Below, in pieces: positions 40,497 to 48,800 of a stretch of DNA of 64,000 bases. The position numbers and the translations under genes are program-made. The notes beneath the pieces are model-generated. The model did no database searches, was not told the origin of the DNA, and saw only the letters and a program-made list of their open reading frames with translations. The DNA is from Opitutales bacterium (GTDB taxonomy: Bacteria > Verrucomicrobiota > Verrucomicrobiia > Opitutales > JABSRG01), in NCBI GenBank assembly GCA_049599475.1, contig JBMYOQ010000004.1, positions 32,001 to 96,000 of the forward strand, in the 5' to 3' direction. Position 1 is the stretch's first letter; each line of letters begins with the position of its first letter.

Positions 40497-41762
40497 CTAG
40501 CGGTTGATAAGCGGCAGTAGCTTGTCGGGCACGAAAGATAGGCGTAGGTGCGCTTGAGCCTTGGCTGTTGCGTCCACCACTAAGAGGGTTTCTTCCTCAG
40601 CGTCATTGCTCGTTTGATGGGTGGCAATTTTCAAGGCGCCGTCTGCCTCTACCCATTCTGGTTGACTCGAATCACTGTGTGTGATCCCGAATCGATTGAA
40701 TGCTAACTCCCCAGAATCGGTTTCGGACGGAAGCATTAGGTAGTCCTCAAACTGGCCCTGATTCAAATGTGCGTATTCGATCTGGTCAGAAATTTTAAGG
40801 AGCTCGATCAGGGAGTATGTTTGCTCTGAAGATAGCAGGGCTGCATCGTTTGTATTTAGATTCTCTGACCCGAACGCATGGATATTGAGAGCTCGATTTA
40901 TCTCAGTTGCGGAAATGAATAAGCCGCCTTCCCCAAGGCTTGAATCGGATTCTACATAGACAAAGGTAATGCCGCTTGGGCTGACATAGAGGTCTCCAGA
41001 TGCGTAATAGGAACTTTCAAAGAAATCAGCAGCGGCTTCATTCGAAGGCTTTAGAACCTGCAGGTCTGCGAAAAGTGGGGCTGCGGCTTGGAGTCTGCCT
41101 GCTGATAGAGCTGCGCTAGCACTCTGACTTAACTCATTGTAAAGGTCCATAAGCCCTCCCGTCGCTACTTCGCAGAGCTCACTTTGGGCCGTTACAAAGG
41201 TATCGAACTTTCGTGCCTTGAGTGACTTCTCAATGAAATTTTGTTGTTCGTTTAGTTTTGTGGACAGCGATGGATTATACCTCGCTAGAACGTGCCTTTT
41301 ATCCGAAGGCATCAGCATACTGTATTGACGCTCCAGGATGCCTCCCAACTGAAGGCCTAGCTTCTCGGCGGAAAGATCGTAGATACTTGTTGCGTTATAA
41401 AAATCGGATTGCTCGAGAGCGTTGAGGGCTTCGCGTCCTCGGGCGTCGATCTCGGAGAAATCAAGCTGGGCAGTCGTGATATTCGAGGTTGCCCAAGCGT
41501 ATAGATTGTTAAACTTGGTCTGAGCTTGGCTCGCTGTTTCAAGGTTGGACTTGAGGTAGGGATCTACTGGCTTTTTTGGGGCAGCAGCTTGTTTATCGAG
41601 AAAAAACAACGAAGCGCAACCAACGGCGATGACCACAAGGGCAACAGTTCGTAGGGCCTTTTTCGAACGGGGCGCGTTGGTGCCGAGATCCTCTATCTTG
41701 CCGGAGTCAACGGAGCTGGCCTCCATGCGGAAGAGGCCAATTTTTGTCTGTGTATTACTCAT
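40497..41762 (-). CDS. Hypothetical single-TM protein; C-terminus resembles a degenerate FGE-sulfatase/SUMF1 domain
   Basis: TM near residues 38-54; GITFVYV, FISATEIN, NRFGI...PEWV; ATGA overlap with the upstream gene. Confidence 0.55.
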   Translation of the reverse strand: MSNTQTKIGLFRMEASSVDSGKIEDLGTNAPRSKKALRTVALVVIAVGCASLFFLDKQAAAPKKPVDPYLKSNLETASQAQTKFNNLYAWATSNITTAQLDFSEIDARGREALNALEQSDFYNATSIYDLSAEKLGLQLGGILERQYSMLMPSDKRHVLARYNPSLSTKLNEQQNFIEKSLKARKFDTFVTAQSELCEVATGGLMDLYNELSQSASAALSAGRLQAAAPLFADLQVLKPSNEAAADFFESSYYASGDLYVSPSGITFVYVESDSSLGEGGLFISATEINRALNIHAFGSENLNTNDAALLSSEQTYSLIELLKISDQIEYAHLNQGQFEDYLMLPSETDSGELAFNRFGITHSDSSQPEWVEADGALKIATHQTSNDAEEETLLVVDATAKAQAHLRLSFVPDKLLPLINR

Positions 41763-42775
41763 TTTCCGCTAAAAAATCCGAATACTTTTTTGAAAAATCC
41801 ACCTTCCTTCTCGGTGGAGCCCGTGGCTTCTTTTGAGGTGGATTTATCATCCGATTCCTCAGAAAGCTCAGATGGCTCTTCGCCGTGTTTCATTCTGACA
41901 ATTTTGAAAAGGATATAGGAAGACGTTGGTTCTTCGATATGGCGTGTTGAGCGTTCGAAGACAGTAAAATCATGGACAGCCGAATACAGGTCGGCATCGC
42001 CTTCAGGAAAATACTTTGCCGCGCGCTCGTAGTATTCGAGCATTTCGTTGATGAATTCCTGCAACACTTTCTGGGATGCCGGTTCGGTATCGCTGGGAAT
42101 TGAGGAATCGAAGCCAAGCCCAAGAGCAATGGACTCAAGTGGGGCGTATGACGGGGCTCTAAACTCGAAAAAGCCACGCATCAGAGTTTGCAAGCTTGTG
42201 CCTTTTCCATTCGGGTTGAGTGGAAGGAATTTCCCGACGCGGCTTGGAGAGGCAGATAGGAACGCACGCTCGATATCTGCGAGCTCTTGGTTCTTCCCAA
42301 GCACCTTCGTGAAACGAGCGGAGACCTCGAAGAAATTTCTTAGATTCGTTACGCCTTCGGCATCTACGAGTGTTTTCAGCGTAGATGAGATCGTCATCAA
42401 GTTCGGAGGGAAATCTTGAGGGATATCCGAGACTTTTAGCTGGTTCAGAATGGTTTGGGCAGCGCTGTCATTACGGCCCACTTTGCTTGAGATCCCTTCC
42501 AAGGACATATCGTATCCCGCGGTTTCGCGGAAAAGTCGGATAAGGCGTTGGACCTTCTCAGGATCATCTTTGAAGTCAGGATGCTCGCAAAGCTCTTCAT
42601 AGCCCATGTAGGCAAAATCCGAGGCCAGATACTCCTTTTTGTCCTTCACGCTGAATATGGGCTTGTAGCCGATGCTCAGTGCGAGGTCTCTGATCGAGAG
42701 GTCGGCACACGGTCCGACGCTGACTGACTTTCGGACTTCTTCCCAGGTCTCATCTAAAGATTGCTTTGTGCTCAT
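41759..42775 (-). CDS. Hypothetical protein with a C-terminal amphipathic tail
   Basis: 338-aa ORF in operon with the ParA gene; ends GGFFKKVFGFFSGK. Confidence 0.7.
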   Translation of the reverse strand: MSTKQSLDETWEEVRKSVSVGPCADLSIRDLALSIGYKPIFSVKDKKEYLASDFAYMGYEELCEHPDFKDDPEKVQRLIRLFRETAGYDMSLEGISSKVGRNDSAAQTILNQLKVSDIPQDFPPNLMTISSTLKTLVDAEGVTNLRNFFEVSARFTKVLGKNQELADIERAFLSASPSRVGKFLPLNPNGKGTSLQTLMRGFFEFRAPSYAPLESIALGLGFDSSIPSDTEPASQKVLQEFINEMLEYYERAAKYFPEGDADLYSAVHDFTVFERSTRHIEEPTSSYILFKIVRMKHGEEPSELSEESDDKSTSKEATGSTEKEGGFFKKVFGFFSGK

Positions 42776-42821
42776 TCAGGGTGGGGTGTGTTTGCAGTGT
42801 GAAATATATATCGGTGGAGGC

Positions 42822-43763
42822 TCAGTACTCTGGAACGTTTCCTGGGAGCATTGAATACTCTTTGTCCAGAGGAATAGGGAAACCTGCATTGATCGCGAGT
42901 TCCTTCGCTACGTTTGCGTAATCCTCGACGACATTGCCCGTGAGCTCTTGTTTATCCAGCATCGCGACCGGCAATCCCGCAGTGACCGCCCGTTTTACGA
43001 CGATAGCGTCTCGGATTGTGCACGGTAAAATATTGGCATTTTCGCTCACGCTCTCACTGAAGCGGAGTTGGTTGAGCTGCATCTGCATCCGGATCTTCGG
43101 TAGGGTGTAATCCGATCCCGATTTTATAGAATTGAAAACGAGATCTCTAACCACGGTGGGCTCTGTTTTCGATTCGAAAAGGAAGGGCTCGCTGAGCGCG
43201 CGGAATTCATCCAGCTTTTCGACAAGGAGAATCAAGCCTATCTGGCTCAATGCGTCCGGATTGGAAGGGACGACAATTGAGTCGGAGGAAAAGATCCCAC
43301 AGCGTGAAGCCTCCAATAGATTCGGCGGGCAATCGTAGATTACAAAATCGTAGTCATCGATAAACTCCTGTTGCTCCAGGAAGAAATCGTAGAAAATTGG
43401 ATTGTTTGAACGCTGTCTGAACGAGCGATCTTCGATTTCAATCAGATTGAAATTACAGGGAATGAGATCCAGTGGGATGTCCGCAAATGTATCCTCACGA
43501 GTACGGAATACGTTGGTGAAGAGGGCCTCTTTCAACGGAAAATCTGGTTCCGTGAGATAGGTGCAAATGGATGGGATCTCATCGTTTTGGACTTCTCTCC
43601 ATGTCGCCAGGCCCATCAACCATACGCTTGAGTTGGACTGTGTGTCTAAATCGACGAGGAGTGTGCGTTTTCCAGCAAGAGCCAAATATGCGGCTACGTT
43701 GACAGCCATAGAGGTCTTTCCGACCCCTCCCTTATAGTTTATGAAGGCGAATTTGTGTGGCAT
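42822..43763 (-). CDS. ParA/MinD family ATPase, no adjacent parB
   Basis: NYKGGVGKTS deviant Walker A, DLDTQSN, YDCPPN. Confidence 0.9.
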   Translation of the reverse strand: MPHKFAFINYKGGVGKTSMAVNVAAYLALAGKRTLLVDLDTQSNSSVWLMGLATWREVQNDEIPSICTYLTEPDFPLKEALFTNVFRTREDTFADIPLDLIPCNFNLIEIEDRSFRQRSNNPIFYDFFLEQQEFIDDYDFVIYDCPPNLLEASRCGIFSSDSIVVPSNPDALSQIGLILLVEKLDEFRALSEPFLFESKTEPTVVRDLVFNSIKSGSDYTLPKIRMQMQLNQLRFSESVSENANILPCTIRDAIVVKRAVTAGLPVAMLDKQELTGNVVEDYANVAKELAINAGFPIPLDKEYSMLPGNVPEY

Positions 43764-43785
43764 TAAATTATTAGCGTGCAGGGTG

Positions 43786-44244
43786 TTAGGCGATCTCCTC
43801 GCGAGCTAAGTCTTCCATTTGCTGCTCTGCAATTCGTTTTAATTCTTCCTCGGATTCATTCAGCTGCTTTTCACGCATTTTCAATGTCGCTTCCATGCGC
43901 TGGATACGCTCTTCACGTGCGTCGAGCGCCTTCTCGCGATCAGGGTCGGACGGAATGGATGATTGAACACTCGGCGCTGGATCTGCATTGGAATCTGTCA
44001 CCTCTCGATCCAAGAGTGTGACTGCGAGGATGTCTTGGCCTTCTATTTGAGATTCGTTTATCAAAGTATAGATGTTGGGGCAGGGATAATCCTTACCGAC
44101 GGCTACCATAAAAAATTCCTTTTGTTGTGGCGAATGCGTCACAAAAAAGCCCTGTGCGTCCGGATCTTCTGAAATTTCATCAATGCGATCATCGAGTCTG
44201 TTCTTAAAGAACGACTTTAGCTCACTGATGTTAAAGTACTTCAT
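43786..44244 (-). CDS. Hypothetical protein with C-terminal coiled coil
   Basis: 152-aa ORF; REKALDAREERIQRMEATLKMREKQL heptads. Confidence 0.7.
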   Translation of the reverse strand: MKYFNISELKSFFKNRLDDRIDEISEDPDAQGFFVTHSPQQKEFFMVAVGKDYPCPNIYTLINESQIEGQDILAVTLLDREVTDSNADPAPSVQSSIPSDPDREKALDAREERIQRMEATLKMREKQLNESEEELKRIAEQQMEDLAREEIA

Positions 44245-44368
44245 TTGGGATCAAAAAGTATAATGATTATACAAGTGTGGGTCTATACTGTCTATCACGT
44301 AGCCACTTGGACGCGAGGGGGGTTGGGTTTGGATGGATTATGATAGACAGGTCGTCAAGCAAAGGTCC

Positions 44369-44384
44369 TGCAAAACACATGCCA
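44369..44384 (-). promoter_or_regulatory. Putative sigma54 (-24/-12) promoter
   Basis: Minus strand TGGCATGTGTTTTGCA versus consensus TGGCAC-N5-TTGCW, 125 bp upstream of the 44244 start. Confidence 0.7.
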
Positions 44385-44403
44385 TTGAAAATTATTCTAT
44401 AAA

Positions 44404-45330
44404 TTAATTTTTGATACTTTCTTCACTATTTTCACCCTCAACTTTGGCGTTATTGTGCTCCTCAGTTGCTGGTTCGGCTTTCTCTGCTTCATCGAAGGCC
44501 TTTTTGATTTCCTCGAGAATTTTGGCTGACTCCTCTTCTCCGTAGGGGGTGGGGGTGAATTTCTCGATCTTCTTAAGATCGGCTTTAAAACTCCCCACGC
44601 GTACCTTGCTTTTAAGCCTTACTGGGATGCGTCGTTCGTCGTCGGAGAACCAGATGTCGAGGGCAGCATTCTTACTTTTTCGGAATACGCCGCCTAGATC
44701 TTTCATATTGGGTTGGACCTTGTAAGCCTTAAACCTCCCCGCTGGGACCTTGATTGACTCTTTATCTGAGACGCTCGCGTCCACATTGATTAGCTTTTTA
44801 CCGTCGGTAGCGGGGAGCGGTAAGAACGCCCCCTCAGCGAGCTCGATGGTTCTGAAGTAGAATAGGATCGATAACGGATCATGCATGGGGCCTTCTGGGA
44901 TGAGCGGCTCACGCAGGATACCGTTCTCTACCCGCGTGATTTCGTTCGCCTCCCAATCCATCATCACGATAAAGGATTTTTCGCGTTTGCCCTCCTGTTG
45001 ATCCGAACGGTAGTGGAGACTGCGCTCCAAATTGGTAGCGGGAAACGACTCGATCGAGGTGCGCACTTTGTAGAAATTGTCCGCGAACTCGTTGGTTCTC
45101 ACCTTGAATCGGATGTGATAACCGTCTTCGCCGAAAAGTGTGTTTTCATTCAAAATCTCGAGTATAGCCTCGCCCACTGAAAAAGGCCCCCACTTGAGGG
45201 TGTATATGAGCCTTTCACCAGCTGCAAAAGGAGCCGACGCGTCTTCCGAGGAGACGGCTTGCTCTTCTGCTGAAATTGGCAGGTTAAAAAGTGCAAATGA
45301 GGCTAGGATGGCGAGGAACCTGAAAGGCAT
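44404..45330 (-). CDS. DUF3108 family secreted protein
   Basis: Signal peptide, GERLIY.LKWG..VGEA, DPLS, ESIKVPAGRF, IWFSDDERRIPV. Confidence 0.85.
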   Translation of the reverse strand: MPFRFLAILASFALFNLPISAEEQAVSSEDASAPFAAGERLIYTLKWGPFSVGEAILEILNENTLFGEDGYHIRFKVRTNEFADNFYKVRTSIESFPATNLERSLHYRSDQQEGKREKSFIVMMDWEANEITRVENGILREPLIPEGPMHDPLSILFYFRTIELAEGAFLPLPATDGKKLINVDASVSDKESIKVPAGRFKAYKVQPNMKDLGGVFRKSKNAALDIWFSDDERRIPVRLKSKVRVGSFKADLKKIEKFTPTPYGEEESAKILEEIKKAFDEAEKAEPATEEHNNAKVEGENSEESIKN

Positions 45331-45455
45331 CGTATCGTGGAGGAGAGAGGAGTGTGTGAGTGAAAGGAAAAATCAAGTTCCCGCCTTAAGAGACATGCGA
45401 AGCTTAAAATCGTTCATTAACTCTATAAGCTAATAGTTATTATTTAGTTAAGCGT

Positions 45456-45767
45456 TCAGGATGCTCCCTGATTTGCGCGGGCAATTTCGTGTAAAAATCC
45501 AAAACTATAGATTCCGGTGGAATGACCGTCACTGAAATAGAGGCGGATGGCATAGCCGCCAACCCATTGCCAATTGATGATTTTTACTTTTGAATAATCT
45601 TTCCCGTGTTCTCCTCCAGCGACATTCCCAAACAGGTCCGCTTCTCCCCGTCGTTCCGCGCTCGGTGAAGCGTTTCTCAAGGTGGGGCCATCCAGGAAGG
45701 CTTCGACTTGATCTTCGAAACGAATCGCCAATGTATTGCCTATGAGCTCTATGAAAGGACGCTGCAT
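45456..45767 (-). CDS. DUF971 / GBBH-like N-terminal domain protein
   Basis: LRNASPSAERRGE, VGGYAIRLYFSDGHSTGIYSF. Confidence 0.88.
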   Translation of the reverse strand: MQRPFIELIGNTLAIRFEDQVEAFLDGPTLRNASPSAERRGEADLFGNVAGGEHGKDYSKVKIINWQWVGGYAIRLYFSDGHSTGIYSFGFLHEIARANQGAS

Positions 45768-45873
45768 CCCTCGAAAGAAATCGGGTGGTCGCCATTAGCA
45801 AGATACAATGCGATTAGAAATGGTATGTTTTTCCGCTTTGACCTTTAAATGGCGGCAGGTCATCTCAGTATTT

Positions 45874-48800
45874 ATGATCCTAGCACGGATTACTCGCATA
45901 GTTCTCTTTCCCCTCAGCGCGGTCTTGCTCTCGCTGTGCCTCCTTTCTGCTCAAGAGGCGAGCCTGTTGCGAGTTGGGGATTTAATTGAAGAGCCGCTTG
46001 TTCCAGAGTCTACGGAACTGTCTTCGATTGAGAATTTTGGAAGCCAAAATGTTCTCGAGTTTGAGGTGAAAGCAGCCATTGAGCGCTTGGCTGTGCTCAA
46101 GAATAGTTCGCCTGCTTTGGGCGGAGAGCTCGTTGTCGCGCGGACTGATCTCCAGGCGCTTATCGAAGAATACCTCGGATCCGGCTTTGCTCAAATAGAC
46201 GGTGAAATGTTGATCAGTGCGTATCAGGCACTCGGAGACTCCTGGGTGCTCGTTGAGGGAATGGGTGATTTTCCATCGGCTTGGAGCTACTATGTGAACG
46301 GGCTTAATTGGTTAGCAGGTCAACCGCGCAGTGCCTGGGCGGCCAATGCTTACGTAGAGATGTTCACACGTACCTTCGAGGATCCGTTTTACCTTCAGCG
46401 TGTGAGCGATCGCGACCAAGTAACAGTCATGTCTCAACCGTGGATTGGGCATCTTCGTGATCTTCTGCAGTTGACCGATGAAAGCCAAACCGGGCTCTAT
46501 TTGTTGGCTTTGTTTGATCAGTATAATCCGGAGACTACGCTTACCGAACGTTTGCGGATTCGTGAGACCTACGAGCGTGCTTTGGAGGGTGCTGAGGAGC
46601 AGGCCTGGTATCACTCGGCTAGATTTCACTATGCACTTTGGCTTCAGGAGATCGGTAATGCTTCCCTGGATGAGAGTGGGGCGTTCATTGCGAACCCAGA
46701 TCTACCGACGGCAGTATCCGTCTTTCGAGACTTAATCGATTCAGGCCAGGTTTCAGACACGCGACGTGATGAGATATTGAATCGTTTGCAGGATCTAGAA
46801 TCGCCAGATGTCACCCTTGAGATCGGGCAAGCCTATCTGCCAGGAGCGGATGTCGACGTAGACCTAATTTGGAAGAATGCCACGGGCGGCTCAGTCCGGA
46901 TCTTTGAAATAAGTCCAGCGACCGGTTTCAACTTTGCAGGTCTGGGAGTCGACGCCTCAATTGCGGAGGCAGCCTCCGTAGATCCGACTTTAGAGATTCT
47001 GGAAATTCCGGTGAGCCGGGATAATTTAGATAATCCCTATGTTTATGAGACTAAGACGATCCAGCTTCCCTTGGCGCTCGATCTTGGGGCCTATCTCGTC
47101 GAACTAGAAATCGAAGATGGTGAGACCGCGCGAGAAATCCTTTGGGTAACAGATATTGCTCAGATTAATTCGATTTCTGAGACCCACCAGACACTTACTA
47201 TCGTGAATACAGAGGAGGCACGTCTCTTCGAAGATAGTCTGGACGTAGTCCGCTGGGTTTGGGATGAATCCACACTCAGTTGGAGAGAGGAAACAACTGT
47301 CTTTCCTGTGAATGAATCACGCTTGCGCCTGGAGCATGAACCCACCGATTCTGTGTTTTGGGTGTTGGCTTACAGGGATCGCCGGATCTCGTTTTCCAAG
47401 GCGACATTGGGAGCTGTTGAGAGTATGCCAGAGGATTCCCTTTACTGGGCGATTTCTGATAAGACGTTTCTGGATCTAGGTGAAACCGCTCGGATCGCTT
47501 ATCATATTCAAGTCAGCGACGAGCGCGTCGAGAACTTGTCGCTCGGCTACCGTCTCCTCGATAGTGACGGTAAGCTGCTGACTATAGGGCAAATTGAGCA
47601 GGAGTTTCCGGCCTCGGGCTTCGTAGATTATACAGTCGGCGAAAATACCTCACACGGGGCCTTGAATTGGGAGGTTTTCGAAATCGATTCTGATAAATCA
47701 GTGTTTTCGATGCCGATTGCTCAAGTAGCTCCTCAAGCTCTCGAAACCTTATCTCTCGAGCTTCAGGTCAACAATCAGAATATTCGCGAGAACAATCAGT
47801 GGAGTTTTCCGAAGGGGGGAACCGTAGACATTTCAGGGGAGTTTTCCGATCTATTTACAGACTCGGCGAAGCAGGTGCTTTACCGATTGAACGCTTACAG
47901 GAGTCCATTAGACGATGCGCAAAGCGGAAACTCCGGTATGCATTCGACTGCGCCTTCGACTCTGATGCGTGGCCTGCACACGCAGTCATCTCGTTGGGAG
48001 AGTGCTTATAATCAAGAGAATACGACCGATGAATTTGGGCGATTTCGGGACTTGATCCCCGTGGTTGAAGCCTTCGATTCCGAACATAAACGTTACCAAT
48101 ATTGGGTTGATTTTTTATACTACGAAGAGGGGTCCGGCGCTTGGGTTTCAGCAGGATGGATGGCCTTTGTGGTATCCGAACATGCTTACATCGGCCGTTT
48201 AGGGGTAAGCTCCACTATTGTAGAACCGGGTGGTAGCGTATTGATGCGTTTCAGTGCGGAGTCTCCCTTTCGGTCTCCGGTTGCGGTCGATGGGCAAATT
48301 CGGGTTGAGCGCAAGGAATGGGAGGAGACTTGGATCGATTCCAGAGGGCGCCAGTTGAGTGGCACGGAGTATCGCGAGACGCGTTCAAGGCGGGGTTTTT
48401 TTAGATCTTGGGCTGAAGGGGATCGAGCTTACCGCCTTTTGGATTCGGGCTTTCGCCAGGAACCCATTTTTGCGCGCCGCCTAAACCTGAGGGCAGGTAA
48501 TTCTTTTCAACGACAATTCCGCCTGGATGAGCCAGGCATATACGAATTCTCCTGGATGGATATTGATGCGGCAGGACGCCCTATTGTTGAGACGCAGACG
48601 GTCTACTGCATCGACCTAGATTCAGGATCCACGGCAACTTGGAATTTACAGGATATTATTTGGGTGTCACCGGACGCCTTTCGCCCGAATGGGAGCGGGG
48701 ACAGCGGTGTCATATTATTTCCCGACGAAGTTAAGCGAGCCTGGGTAGAGATACAGAGCCGGAATGGTCGAGAAATGAAAGTGTATGAAGTCGGGCGCGG

